A stretch of DNA of 63,855 nucleotides, filler included, from Octopus bimaculoides (GCF_001194135.2; 4 parts of 4 records of this genome joined end to end with filler, not necessarily neighbours in it); one strand, 5' to 3'. Numbered from the whole stretch's first letter, positions 40,931 through 54,830 are shown. Notes: generated by a model not told the origin, from the sequence alone. Numbers and translations are program-made.

Positions 40931-41624
40931 AGTATAAAGCAATACAATTTTTTAGATGTCGGTGTCTAGATCAGATTATTTAATAGTGTCAGATACATTG
41001 AGATATTACACACATATATCGAAAATAATATGGTAGAGAGTGTTCTTGTGTGTAAGGAGAGTGAATACAAAAGAACGTATGTTCTATGCGTAATACATGA
41101 ATATCGATTGAAAAGCTGTAAGCTCTACACTATTTCTTCCTGGTGCTAATCTTTGGAAATCAAAGTCATTTATTTATATTGCGATTACTACCAGACTAAT
41201 TCAGAGACAAGCGTAAATAATTTATTAATCCAGCTGATTCAGCATCTCTGAATGGATAAATGATGTGTATGTTATGTATACATATGTTTCCAGCTGTACG
41301 ATTATTGATGATTACGGGGTGGCATCGCTAAACGGTGATGTGTATACGTACAAGGTTATTACCAGTTCAGATATGCTTGGGAAATATTCGAAGCCATCCG
41401 AAATTCATTCGCCGTGTTTTGTTATGGAGAACATTTCTCCATAACAAAACACGGCGAGTGAATTTCGTATGGAGAAAATTTTCTGCATTACAAAATACGG
41501 TGAATAGCTTTGCTACGGGTTCGAATATACCCCGAGCATATTTGAACTGGTATCAACCTTGTATTGACAATAATAGTTACAAATTTTGACATAAGAGTAG
41601 TAATTTTGAAGGTGTGGGCGAGGT

Positions 41625-41785
41625 GAGTTGATTGCATCAATCATGGCGTTCAACTGATACATTTGTCGGCCATGAAAGGCAAAGTCGGCCTCGGCAGGAT
41701 CTTAAACCCAGAACGTAATGACAGACGAAATGCCGTTAAGCATTTTGCCCGGCGTGCTAACGATTTTGCCCGCTCACCGCCAAGA
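41625..41785 (-). mobile_element. SINE family A, partial
   Basis: Reverse complement of the family A head (cccggcgtgctaacg). Confidence 0.75.
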
Positions 41786-42949
41786 TTATTGATAAGGATC
41801 AGCTGTCCTCATGATGACTAATCAATTAATTGGTCAGTCTGCTAATATCATAATTTCTGATTTGACCACTGTTTTACATCAGTTACCATATTGAATAATA
41901 GGTTTCTATAGTTGCTGTTGTTCATTGTTTTAGCCCTCAGTTAACCCTGACCGAGCACACTGGAGTTTTATCGTCTTATTCGTAATATCTGGTTAAACAT
42001 TATCCAATGTGTCCCTTTCTGTTTCTAAAGCAGTAAAGTATAATTTGTGGGGAGATTAACATCGATATATCTTGTTTTCCCGACTCTTAGAGAAAACGCC
42101 TTGCATTTTTACTTCTGGCATCACAAACAAAAATGAAACATTAAATACGAAGAACCTACTGTTTCGATTCACTCCGATAGATTCAGCGATTCATAATTCT
42201 CAAATTTACTTTGATGGCATAAAAGATACTTGTCCATGTTAGACGCACACCAATGTCAGCTGCGTATATTCAGCATGAAAGTTTTTAGTGCCAAACTTTC
42301 CATATAGGCTCCGGAGTGATATTTGAAGATATTTCGTTTTTAGAAAAAACGTGTACCTTATATGCCATAAAAATATGTCATTGCCGTGGGCATCATCCAC
42401 ATAAAACACAATTTGCAATTTATTTACTGCCCGGTTTTTACTGCCTAACTTTTAGGTATTATGGATACATTTAGTCGTAGTTGCAAATGGCCATTTCATT
42501 AACATACTATGTTCGATATACTACATATAATCTGAGTTTTTATAATGATCTTCTACATAATGTTTGTAGCTTCGTTGTAGACTTTACTCCTCTCAAGTAA
42601 CACATATTTACTGCCCAGTTCTTATGCGTTAATGGAACATTCAACCCGATTCAACTTGCTTCAAATGCTGTTTCTTTTCCTGGTTAAAACAGAGGAATCC
42701 TGAAACCGTTTCTTCAGTTTCTGGAACCATTATCTTATTATTGATACAACAATATGTTATTATCTTTAATTCGGTTAATTATATTTTAATAATCGATATC
42801 TATTTATTAATTATGCTTACTGCTGTTATTTCTTTTAACTTTTCACAACCAGTACAATGGTCTACATTGTTTTTTGTTTTTTGACATTTGAATTCTGAGT
42901 TCTAAAACAATAACAATAACATTGAAGTGAATAATATTCAATTCATAAG

Positions 42950-43003
42950 AATAATAATAATAACAATAAGAAGAAAAGTAGTGGCAGTAGTAGCAGCAGC
43001 AGC

Positions 43004-43038
<35 letters not shown>

Positions 43039-43132
43039 GAGGAGGAGGAGGAGGAGGAGGAGGGGGGGGTAGGAGAGGAAGAAGAAGAAGGAGAAGAAGA
43101 AGAAGAAGAAGAAGAAGAAGAAGAAGAAGAAG

Positions 43133-43164
<32 letters not shown>

Positions 43165-43180
43165 GAAGAAGAAGAAGAAG
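42950..43180. repeat. Compound microsatellite (AAT)/(AGT)/(AGG)/(AGA)n
   Basis: Read directly from the sequence. Confidence 0.95.
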
Positions 43181-45009
43181 GAAGTGCAATTGTTTCCAGC
43201 ATTATTAATAATTGGACAAAATTGTGATAAATACTTCGGATATGGTCCCTCAAAAAAATAATATTCTTCCACAGAATATCAATCATAATAATGGCTTGAC
43301 TTGAGGCCATTACAAGGAATATAAATATATCGATTAGTTATTTAAATGGAAATATGATGATCAAAGGTATATAACTATTCTTAATGAAATATTTGCACAT
43401 TGCTTTCTATTTTAAACACATATTCAGCATAAAAACACATACACATATATAAAACACATATATACACACATGTAGCCAGAATTTAACGATTTATAAGAAC
43501 ACAGAACATGCAAATCAGCTAAAATCAAAGACAATATGCAAAGTTCGAGTTCCTACAAAGATGTCCATGTTTCTTAAACAAATTTTTCACATCCGTTTTG
43601 TTAATGGCCATTTGATAGACGCCGCTTCTAAAAGGTTTATTACAACATTGACCTTTCAAGAATATTGAAGAGGAAAGAAATCCAATAACTGGGAGGCCTG
43701 ACTTTTATATATATTTATATACAGGGGCAGGCATGGCAGTATGGTAAGACATTTGCTTCCCAACCATATGGCTCTGGGTTCAATCCCACTGTGTAGTACC
43801 TGGGGTAAGTGTATTTTATTGTAACCGCCTTGTGAGTGAATTTGATAGTCGGAAACTGAAACAAAGCCGACCGATTGGACAAGTACCAGGCTTTACGTAT
43901 ATGCAATTGGATATATATATTATATATGCATGTATATATACATATATACGTAGGCATGTACATTGATGTATATATATATATAAATGTTTTGTACTCTTTT
44001 TCTGTATAACTCCTTCGACTACTAGAGATAAGGTCGGTCAACTGTCGTGTTGAAGACGGCTAATGAGCGACAAACACGGATCAACGACTGTCCTCTTATC
44101 TCCAGACAATAAACCTTAATGGTTTATCAATTTTGGAGAATTCTTGACTCTTGGGACTATCTCCTCATCTCACGTGGTTCAGGTTTTAATTTCCTTCCGG
44201 TAAATATGGCAGAATCTCTAGAAGCAGAGATAATTCTAATAAATCAAGACTTGATGTTGTTTGATATTTGACATACCTGTATCTTCAAATACTTATATGT
44301 AACCGTTATTCCGCTATATTGCTTGTAGTAATAACAATATTATATACAAAGCAATATATTTCGGATTAAGAACATACATAACTGTGTGGGTGCGTGATTT
44401 CCTAAAAATTCTTTTCCATTTTCTCGGTTTGACATTTTAGATAGATATTTTTATATGTTATGGATATATTTTTAGTAGAAAAATTTAATGTCATTCTTCA
44501 TATTCAACAGTTTTCTGTCAGTGAATAGAGTTCTGATATATTAAGAAGCGATTGAGAGATGTAAACCGAGAGTGTTGTTTCCGTTATAAGTCACTGTGCT
44601 ACTGAATAATTCAAAATTATTAGAATTCTTAGAAGCGGTTTATGTATTATGCGTCATTTTCAAATATATGCCCTACCATACGAAAAGATTTATGGCGAAT
44701 CGATGGTCTTGCGGAGAAGACTTCATGAAGTTATTTAGGGAGTGAGGCTTAAGAATTGCAGTTCATACCACTATTAATTTTCTCGGTATTACCTAAAATT
44801 AAGAATAAAATTATGTTTTAGACTTTCTAAGAAGATAATGGTTTATATTTGAGTTACAAGGTCAACTATTTTGAGAGTAGTGACAATTAGACGATACTTT
44901 TAATCCCGCAAATTGACTGGTTCATTATTTTGTTGACCCTAGTATGATAAAATATAAAGTTCATATCGTCAGGGTATGATCTCAGGACGTAAGAAGTTGG
45001 AAGGAATAT

Positions 45010-45212
45010 TGGTTTCAAATTTTGGAACCAGGCCAGCACTTTCGGGGAGTATATCGACCCCCAGTGTTTAACTGGAACTTATTTTATCGACCCCCGAAAG
45101 GATAAAAGACAAACTCGACCTCGGTGGAATTTAAACTCAGAACGTCAAGACGAGCCAAATGCCGCTAAGCAATTTTTTCCTGCGCGGTAAGGATTCTGCT
45201 AGCTCACCGCCT
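45010..45212 (-). mobile_element. SINE family A
   Basis: Reverse complement of the family A consensus (atcgacccccgaaaggat...gctagctcaccgcc). Confidence 0.8.
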
Positions 45213-46265
45213 CTAATATCAATAATCCACATTATCTACAAATGGGACAATTTTTATTAATTACTCTCATTATTATAATGATATTCTTGTAAATATTGCT
45301 GACTTGCGATGAAAGAAAAGTCACAACATATTCATTATGTGTCGATTAGATAAGACACAGAAATAATTTAAATGCTGGTTTAACGACACTCTTACATTCC
45401 ATCTGCATTCGATGAATTGGTGGTATAACAATTCGTCACTGTTTGCTTTGTGAAAGAAACCGAGTTTCTTGCCCATTGAGAAAGTATGATGGTCATTACT
45501 GGAATTATTTTAATCATAAATCCTTTCGATCAGAGCTGACCTGGTGCTTTCAATAGTTTCTACTCAACCCTCTCTTACAGTTCTAAAACCGTTATGTGTC
45601 TCTAATAAATGATTTCCAATGATGAAATAATGGTGATTAAATATCAATATTTTCATAACACGAATCAAAATAGTTTACTGAATTTTATTTACTGAATTGA
45701 TATCTTATCAGTGCTGACTTTGATCTTTCCTCGTTCTGAACGCCAATAAAACACGTACCATTAATATTCCTGGTTTGACAAGTTTAAGTATAAATATCTC
45801 GCTCAAAAAATAACTCTTTGTTCTTTTGCCAGTGTTAGAGATATGTGTTACAAATCGATAAGATTTAAGAGATGTTTGGCTATCTCTAGCAAGTAGTACA
45901 GCATCGTCATTGCCATCAGCATCATCATCATTATCCTCATCATCAGCAGCAGTAGCAGTAGCAGCAATATAGTTGTCCTCATTACAATCGTCATCATCAT
46001 GTTGAGATGGAGCATTCATGCTGTTTCATGCTATTTCCAATACGTGTAAAATTACGCGTTACCTTCAAGAATTTACCGAAGGATATATAAATTGACTGAC
46101 AATTAAATCCGGTTATTGAATTTGAGCTCGGATTTCAAACCTAGATGAAGGAGATTTCTGAGTTAATGCATTCAACTCTTAACCAATCCACATCTCTTAG
46201 AGTTTAAAAGACTACTTTTACTAATTTCTCCATCATGTCTTATTTAAGACAGTATAAATATTGTT

Positions 46266-46590
46266 TTCTACTCTAGTCACAAGGAGAATTTGGTGGGAAG
46301 AGGCCAGTCGATTAGATCGACCCCAGTACACAGCTGGCAGAATTTGAACTCAGAACGTAAAGACAGACGAAATACTGCTAAACATTTCACCTGGCGTGCT
46401 AACAAGGACAGACAAAGGGATTAAGTCGATTACATCGACCCCCGCGCGTAAGTGGTACTTAATTTATCGACCCCGAAAGGATGAAAGGCAAAGTTGACCT
46501 CGGTGGAATTTGAACGCAGAACGCAGTGGCAGACGAAATACCGCTAAGCATTTCGCTTGGTGTGCTAACGTTTCTGCCAGCTCGCCGCCT
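46266..46590 (-). mobile_element. Two adjacent SINE family A copies with different tails
   Basis: 46266-46403 is a tail-2 copy with an internal deletion. 46404-46590 is a tail-1 copy. Confidence 0.75.
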
Positions 46591-47134
46591 TAAGACGGCG
46601 ATGTCATTTGATGACATTTGCTTGCTATTTCTAGCCGGTTGGTCGACTTCATAAATACTCTCTCGTTAAATCAAAAGTTGGCGTAAATCATGTGCAACTA
46701 CCATACTAAATAATGGTAATGAAGTTTATATAATATCACGTGACTAGTACATGACCGGAAATTATTTCAGTGAAACAGCAAAGGGAAATTCAAAATTGTA
46801 TTCAATGTACATAAACGTAATTAAATAATGTACATAAATGTAATTAATGTGCATAAAAGTAATTAAAGGTTATTGTTCTCATTTAGCGCTAGGTAAGACC
46901 GAACTAAGTAGATTTGTGATAAAAGGATTCCGACTATGAGTATCCTGTCCATCTTTCGTTAAGCATGAAATGTATCCTCCTTTATGAGTGACTGAGGTGT
47001 AATTTGAGAAAGACTTAGCTACCATTTCTTGGAAATCGAGCGGCCATATAGAAGTTTACTCACTAATGTATGTAGCATTGCAAATCAAGGAATTGGTTAT
47101 CCGTGACAAGATTACGTATGCTTTTAGTCTTTTA

Positions 47135-47804
47135 TTCGTTTCAGTCATTTGACTGCGGCCATGCTGGAGCACTGCCTTTAGTCGAACAAATCGATTTTAG
47201 TTGAACAAATCGACTTATTCTTTGTAGGCCTATTACTTATTCTATCGGTTTCTTTTGCCGGACAGCTAAGTTACGGGGGACGTAAACACACCACCATCGG
47301 TTGTCAAGCGACGTTAGGGGGACAAGCACACATACACAAACATATACACACATACATATATATATATACGACGGGCTTCTTTCAGTTTCCGTGAACTAAA
47401 TCCACTCACAAGGCTTTCGTCGGCCTGAGACATTTGTCCAAGGTGCCACGCAGTATGACTGAACCCGGAACCATGTGGTTGGTAAGCAAGCTTCTTACCA
47501 CACAGCCGCTGCTAAGGATTTCTTACATAGGTATTAGACGTCGTTTTAGGAAAGAATGTCGTGGATACATTCAACCTATCTTTTTTTGTTTGTGTCAGTC
47601 ATTAGACTACGAGCATGTGGAGCGCCACCTTGTGGAATTTTAGTCGAACTAATTGACCCCAGTACATATTTTTGTTTCGTTTAACGCATGGTATTAATCC
47701 TATCCTTCATTTACCGAACCGCTAAGTTGCGGGGACATAAATACATCAGCATCTGTTGTCAAGCAGTGAGGGGGGACAAATAATACACTCACACACACAC
47801 ACAC

Positions 47805-47843
<39 letters not shown>

Positions 47844-48010
47844 TATATATACACGCTGGGATCCTTTCATTTTTCACTAACAAGCTTTTGGTCGGTAGGA
47901 GGCTATAGTAGCTTTTGGCCGGTAGGAGGCCACTTGCGCAAGGTGTCACGCAGTGGGACTGAACCAGGAACCATGAGGTTGGAAGCAAAACTTCTTACCA
48001 CACAGCTAGC
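47135..48010 (-). mobile_element. Two tandem SINE family B copies
   Basis: Reverse-complement heads at about 47505 and 48005 (cttcttaccacacagcc/gct), each followed by the tail gctaagtt.cggggac.taaa. Confidence 0.75.
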
Positions 48011-48314
48011 ACGTTTAATACATGTTTTGAGCATAATGGATTTGAAATCAAAACGTGAAAGACTGACAAAATACAGTATGAAGAAAGACAATAAAGCATC
48101 CCCGAGATTGCACCAAACGATATAAAACTGAATGGATCGTAAGATGAGGTAATTTCAGATAAACTATGTTTGAATACAAAATGGTGGAAATTTGGTTGTA
48201 ACTGTTTTGTTTATTGATCTGTTTGAGGAAGGTTGACGAGGGATTAATCGACAAGAACAGTATTAACATACATTTAATAAACTGTGTTTTTATGTCCTTA
48301 TGCTCTAATTGCAG

Positions 48315-48474
48315 AAGTTTGAAATGTCACCGCACCAGAATACATAAAAACCTGTTTGGAGCTATGATCATTCAAGTGGTAATAAGACTGCTGCTCTACA
48401 TTGACCAATTTGTATCGCAACAAGAAAGTCAATATCTGATGGTTGACGGCCGTTTGTCTGTGATCACGTCAATT
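48315..48474 (+). CDS. PDFR: PDF-receptor-like GPCR, ICL1/TM2 exon: (R)SLKCHRTRIHKNLFGAMIIQVVIRLLLYIDQFVSQQESQYLMVDGRLSVITSI
   Basis: ttgcAG acceptor and GTAAGT donor at 48475. Phase 2 start completes the R codon from the previous exon. Contains the class B signature RTRIHKNLF and PDFR-like QVxIRLxLYIDQ. Confidence 0.85.
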
Positions 48475-48849
48475 GTAAGTTCCTAAAATAAGAATGATAA
48501 TTATTTCTAACATTTGTGACAATCCATAACATTTGTGTTATAAGGGAGAAGACAGTCGAATCGTTTACTTGCTTCAGTCACTGGACTAAGGCAATACAGG
48601 ATTCTATGTGTATGTGTGCGTGTGTGTGTGCGTGTCTATCTATCTATATACATATATATGTATATGTAGATACATACATTTCTTGAATGTTATTTAAATT
48701 TTGACACAGAAAAGAAGGTCAAGTCAACATAAAGTGAATCAACCCTCAACAGCACACAGCTGTAATATGATACCGCAAGGCATTTTGTTCGCATATGATA
48801 CCGCAATGCATGTCTGTTAAGCCACTGCTGCCATTGTGATAAGAAGAAT

Positions 48850-48987
48850 AATCCTTTCCACTATAGGCACAAGGCCTGAAATTTGGCGGGAGGGGGCCAG
48901 TCGATTAGATCGACCCTAGTATGCAACTGGTACTTAATTCATCGACCCCGAAAGGATGAAAAGCAAAGTCGACCTCGGCGGAATTTT
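48850..48987 (-). mobile_element. SINE family A, 5' truncated
   Basis: ggcacaaggcctgaaattt...gacctcggcggaattt. Confidence 0.8.
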
Positions 48988-49704
48988 ATGAAAAGAATAA
49001 CGTTGTGTATAGTCGTCTAAATGAATTAGTCCATTATTTGAAAATTTCCTTTCTCAGAGAAAACTAATTTGTTAACAGTGAAGGCGAAATTCAAACACAA
49101 GAGACTGAGAGATGTAATTGATTACCAAAGGACATTTTATTCATCTTTCTGATTCTGCGAATGAACATCTTAAAAAAGAAGCATTTTTCAGATTATACAA
49201 TTCTTCATGCTTTACTATTTATGCACTTTTGTGACACCACACTTGTCCAAATACAAATAAGAGAATCACTCCATTGATGTGTTATATTAAACACGGCAGA
49301 TGTAAAGCTTAGCATTATTTTAATCTAGTCCTTTTCATTCAGAGTTAGCGAATACCTTTTATCCAGAACAAACTTATATTCTCACTTCAGTAGAAGAATT
49401 CATTAGTCATCCAGCTTCTCTGCCCACTAGTCTTGGTGGGGCATCTAAGGAGTAGAGTCCCCAGGCCCTTCAGAAGTAATCGTCATTAAACTCTCAGATT
49501 AGATTCCAAAGCCGAAATAACTGAGACGACAAAGGACATTAAGGTTATTATCCAATCATGTCGTTGTATGTCTACCTCTAGGTTTCCCACTGCAGCATTC
49601 GAGCTGATACCGAAGCTGTGCTTTCTCAAAGCGGTCAAGTAACGGCTTCATCTGGGAAAACAAGAATTCATTAATATCGTGATAGATACTTCATACAATA
49701 TTCT

Positions 49705-49912
49705 TTTCTACTCTAGGCACAAGGTCTGAAATGTTTTGGTAGGGGCCCAGTCGATTAGATCAATCCCAGTACGCAACTGGTACTTAATTTGTCGACCCCG
49801 AAAGGATGAAAGGCAAAGTGGACCTCGAATTTGAACTCAGAACGTAAAGACAGACGATATACCGCTATGCATTTCGCCCGGCGGGCTAACGTTTCTGCCA
49901 GCTCGCCGCCTT
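49705..49912 (-). mobile_element. SINE family A
   Basis: Near full-length reverse-complement copy ending gccagctcgccgcc. Confidence 0.85.
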
Positions 49913-50568
49913 ATACTTCTTACAATATTAATCATCCTATTGTATTTTCTGGGAGAACGATTTACATACGAGCTACGCTCTGCTAAGCGTACCTTTTTTA
50001 TGGGTGCAGGCGAGTTTGAGGGGCTCAGCAGCTTACTTCTCGACCATGTGGTCTTCGGTTCACTCCCAGTGCTCAGGACCTTGGGCTCTTTTACTGTAAC
50101 ACCGGACTGACCAAAGCTACGTGTGTAGATTTGGCAGATGCTAGACTGAAAGAAGCCTGTCATATGTGCATGTACGTGTGTGTGTGTGTGTGTGTGTGTT
50201 TGTGTGTGTGTGCGTGTGTGATCTGCCGTATGAATGCGTGGACACGCATATCCATTGTGTACGTGTGTATATCTGCTATGTGTGCGCGTGGGAGTGCATG
50301 TAAGCTGACTTATAGCAGTGGGTTCATATCAGCTATACGTGTATACGCGTGTGTGCACGCACACGTGGTTGCGTGTGCATCTGCTGTGTGTGCATCAGCA
50401 ATTATGTGAACACTCACAATCGGCTCTCAGTGTCGCCAGTTGTGAGAATGTGTTGCTCCACCGCTTCATTACTCAAATGGTCTCAGATTGAGTTCTAGTT
50501 TTCTTGGTTTTCTTTTCATATAATTCTAGAATAAATACAATGATATTCAATCGTCTCTTGCGCTTAAT

Positions 50569-50617
<49 letters not shown>

Positions 50618-50869
50618 CGAAAGAGAGAAAGAGAGAATAATTATACCAACATATTTAACGACCTCTTATTTTTTCTTCTAATACGATTAAATAAGCCACA
50701 AATTCAACGGCAGATTAGCTTGGCAGTTCTCAACCAAGCGAAATGATACTTAGTAGCAGAGTATATTAACGACATTGATGTGTGTAGATATATAACAATA
50801 AAGATGTACTTGTAAGATATCGCCATGAACGGATGGAAGCACAAATGGCGGCGTTCGACAGGTTGAATC

Positions 50870-50969
50870 NNNNNNNNNNNNNNNNNNNNNNNNNNNNNNN
50901 NNNNNNNNNNNNNTTAATTAATTAANNNNNNNNNNNNNNNNNNNNNNNNNNNNNNNNNNNNNNNNNNNN
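50870..50969. other. Scaffold gap with TTAATTAATTAA linker (50914-25)
   Basis: Same 100-bp structure. Separates the PDFR-like exons from the WDR34 exons. Confidence 0.95.
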
Positions 50970-51329
50970 GAAACCAATATTTAAGAGAGTTTTTTTTTTG
51001 CTTGTTTATTTTTGCCAATCCTTTCTGTTATCAAGTATTGTTATCTTAATTGTAACTCTTGACTAATCAATATCATTTCTCTTAAGACGTGCCCTCAATT
51101 GTGTTTTTTCATTCATTTATTTACGTACTCATTGCTCCCTAACTTTGACAAACACTGGGGTTGATCTAATCAACTGGTCCCCTCCCCCAAAATTTCGGGC
51201 CTTCTGCCAAGAGTAGAAAAGAATAAAAATTTATTTCAGTTTAGCAAAAAATGGTTTGCTTTTGCAACCTCCAGTTGTCCTCTAGAACCTCCAGTTGTCC
51301 TCCACATTATGTGATGCTATATCCTCCTC

Positions 51330-51960
51330 TTTTTTGCCAAAAGCTTCAAGTAATACATCTCTAGATCTCCCTCCATTCATAGGATCCTTAAGCTTCTAGA
51401 CCCTTCTTTTCCTCTTCCTGGTCATCTTCTGGGCAGCCATTTATCCCTGATCCTGAAGTCGCTAAGTTCTAACCTATGTTGTGGGGTGCATTCTTCACCA
51501 GGGAAACTTTCGGCGTTTATAAGTAGCCATCTTTCTCGTTTCCTGGTGAGAATGTAGCCAATCTGACAAGTGTAGCCACGAGACTTGTAGGCGAACAGGT
51601 GACTGGCAGGTTTCCTGAAGTTAGTATTACAGATCATAAGACCACTTGCATCACAGAACTTCAGCAGCCTGGTTCCCTCCTCACTGCGGGAACCACATCC
51701 GTTCCCACCATGTACACATTGGATGTTGTCCAACATGCCTGTTGAAGTCACCAGTCACAAAGAGAAGGTCCCTGTCTGCAAGAGGGTGTCATAAAATTGG
51801 TCTTTCTGTTCATCAGGTAACCCCGGCTGAGGGGCATAGGCTGAGATAATGGTTGCTAATCCATGTTGCAACACCAATCTAATCCTAAGTATTCTATCAC
51901 AGACTCTGACTTCCTCGGTTACCTTATCAAACCATTTGTCTGCAAGGAGTATAGCCATGC
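51330..51960 (-). mobile_element. RTE-type LINE AP-endonuclease fragment
   Basis: RVCDRILRIRLVLQHGLATIISAYAPQPGL...EEGTRLLKFCDASGLMICNTNFRK...CTPQHRL. Confidence 0.88.
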
Positions 51961-52386
51961 CCCCAGCCCCATGTGTGTGTGTATGTGTGTGGTGAGTGTG
52001 TGTGTGTGTGGTGAGTGTGTGTGCGTGTGTGTATATCTACCTGAGTTTTAACCTGAAATTAGAGTATATGGATCTAATTACTAAAACAAAACCACCACCA
52101 CTACTACTACCACCACCACCACCACCACCACTACTTCTTGACACGAACCAAAGACTGTGCCCTTTTCATTGTCTGAAATAAGGAAAGGACCCATTAGATA
52201 ATGTAAATCTCAGGAAATTGGAAATATATGGAAAGGTCATGGTTGGAGAACCCTTCATTTAAAGGCTTGCCTGATCAGTGTTGGGCTCTACTACTACTAC
52301 TACTGCTCCCACCACCACCACCACCTTCTCTTCCTTCTCTTGAAACATGTGTAATGGTCTCTTTTTTTTTTTCTTTGTCTTTTCAG

Positions 52387-52439
52387 TGCCAGGTGACTGG
52401 TTTGTCCTGGAATTCTTCTGGTTCCGTCATTGCAGCATC
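52387..52439 (+). CDS. WDR34: WDR34/DYNC2I2 exon: CQVTGLSWNSSGSVIAA(S)
   Basis: tttcAG acceptor and GTATCCTTT donor at 52440. Resembles recalled human WDR34 VTSISWNSTGSVVACA. Confidence 0.85.
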
Positions 52440-52849
52440 GTATCCTTTGTTTTTAAAAATTTTTCTTTTTCTTTTCTGAAGACTGGGAGCTGGGAGGGAA
52501 AAATTCCTGACTTTTAGTGTTTGTGCAGCACTTCAAGATATTTGAGTTCATCTCAGACTGAAGCTTGCACCTGAGTTCTTACATCAAGTAAACACCCACT
52601 GCTTCAAGGAACGAGACAGCGAGTGGTCTTACAATGGGCAACGGATTAGTTTTACTCTCTATGATCAGGTATTGTCTGCTTCCCAATCGTGTGGTTCTGA
52701 GTTCAGTCCTACAGCATAGCACCTTGCGCAGAGTGGCTTTTTATTATAGCCCTGAGCTGATCAAAGCTTTGCGAGTGAATTTGATACATGGAAACTGAAA
52801 GAAGCCTGTCATATATGCATCATCATCATCATCGTTTAATGTTGATAGG

Positions 52850-53012
52850 CATAGGGGTAGCTGTGTGGTAAGAAGCTTGCTTACGAACCACATGGTTCCG
52901 GGTTCAGTCCCATTGCATAGCACCTTGGGCAAGTGTCTTCTACTATAGCCTCGGGCCGACCAAAGCCTTGTGAGTGGATTTGGTAGACGGAAAACTGAAA
53001 GAAGAAACGGTA
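52850..53012 (+). mobile_element. SINE family B
   Basis: gtagctgtgtggtaagaagcttgcttacgaaccacatggttccgggttcagtccc...ggtagacggaaaactgaaagaag. Confidence 0.85.
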
Positions 53013-53239
53013 TGTATACACGAGTATACATACAGACCATCTATATCATGGACAATGGATGTTAACTGATGGTTGAATGGAATATTATGGACCCAGTGAA
53101 ATCCTGGATGTTTTATTGGTGGTCGATTGACAGGAAATTGGGGTTTCAAATACACTCGAAGCACCAAAGTGAGGGCCATGGAATTAAGTCTAATGAATGC
53201 ATAGTACTTGTTGTTTTGCCTAAAGTTAGGGGCCTATGA

Positions 53240-53453
53240 TTAACCGTTTTCATACCAACCCATTTCTGACCACCTCACCTGGATCCATAAACACAAATTA
53301 AATTAAAATCTTCCATCAAATTCTCGTTAATTTATGTTCCAAACAACAGCTTAATAACAACAAACTAATTTTGTTAAATTCTTCATTATTTAGGAAATTA
53401 ATTAAAACAAAAGTGAAATATTTCAACAGAAATGTGGTTACAAAAGGGTTTAA
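53240..53453. mobile_element. TTAA-flanked piggyBac-type MITE
   Basis: TTAA-ccgttttcatacc ... ggttacaaaaggg-t-TTAA with imperfect TIRs. Confidence 0.5.
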
Positions 53454-54519
53454 GAGCATTGCAGCCTGACGTTTTCATGTTCCTGTAAATCCAAGATTGC
53501 TTCATCCAATGAGTTTGAGAGAGATTTGGCTTCTATTTCTAGCAGGTGACACCTTGTTTGCTTGTGGAATGTCAGATGTTGTTGGAATAAAGTACAGTGA
53601 GTACAGCAAGGCACATAACTGGGAGCTTGGATGTCCTTGAAAGAAAGTACAGTAAATAGTCTTATAGCCCAGGGGTTTTCAAACTGTGGTCCGCAGACCA
53701 CAGGGGGTCTGCAAGGACAAGACAGGGGGTCAGCAGATACTTTTTATGGGCAATTTGATTTTATATATGTTTTTTAATCAAAATCTTTTAATTGACAATA
53801 AAACCTATTTGTTAAATAAATAAATGTAAAAATATATGTTATTTTAAGCAAATATTTATGTATAAATTTCATAAGCGTTTATAAGCAACTGTGTCTGTAC
53901 AAAGCAGTTTCTATTTATAGTCAGACAAATATATTAGCTGTGAGTGTCAGCTTGAAATATTTGGTCTTGTTTTCTTTTTATGAGGTTTTTCCCCACATTT
54001 TTATCGTTCCTGCTGTCTCATGTTAACACCTCACTAAATTTTCTGGGTCCATTTTTCATTGATTTGTCTGTTTTTTTTCCCAGCCATAACTATCTCATAA
54101 TTTATATAGTTTTTTTCTTCTTTTTTCGTTTTTTTTTTCCTCATGTTTTGAGTACCTCATTTAATGTTTCTTTCTGTTTTTTTTTTTTTTTAATAATATT
54201 GTGTGTGTGTGTGTGTGGTGGTTTGAATGTTATGGTTCTGTTCTCATAAAGCTGACACACAATTAATGCCATTTCAGCTGTGACAAATAAGTCTTGTTTG
54301 TTTTGGTTTTGTAGATGTAAATATACATCAAGAAAAAAAGAAAAAAGAAAAAAAAAAACAAACAAACAAACAAAAAAAAAAATGAAAGCCACATCTTCTC
54401 TGCCTCCTTCCCGTCATTCCCTTACTGCTGCTGCCAAACCCACCACCACCACCACCGCTGCTGCTGCTACTACTACTACTACTACTTCTACCACCACCAC
54501 CACCACTGCTGCTGCCACT

Positions 54520-54830
54520 GCTACTACTACTACTACTGGTACTCTGTTGGTTATGGCAATGAGGATTCCTGTTGATCCGTGCAAGTGGTTGAGAGCTCCA
54601 CAGACACACATCCCCATGACATTAGTTCTCAAGGAGATTCAGTGTGACACAGAATGTAACAAGACTGGGGCCCTTTGCAATTCTGGTATAACCTCATTTC
54701 TGCCGGCTGAGTGGCCTGGAGCAATGTGAAAATAAAGTGTCTTGCTCAAGGAGACAACGCATTGCCAGGAATCAAACTCATGACTTTACAATTGTGAGCC
54801 AAGTACCCTAACCACTACACCAATGTCTTC
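54520..54830 (-). mobile_element. tRNA-derived SINE sharing family C tail
   Basis: Minus strand tggtgtagtggttagggtacttggctcac...gagtttgattcctgg. 3' half matches the 13998 element. Confidence 0.75.

Noticed and set aside
42150-42460. hAT-like remnant (HSGAYM...CASNMDK)
   Set aside because: Too degenerate to support.
53460-53640. Minus-strand ORF tail HLLEIEAKSLSNSLDEAILDLQEHENVRLQ inside the U12 intron
   Set aside because: No splice signals or homology recognised, so it cannot be supported as a nested exon.
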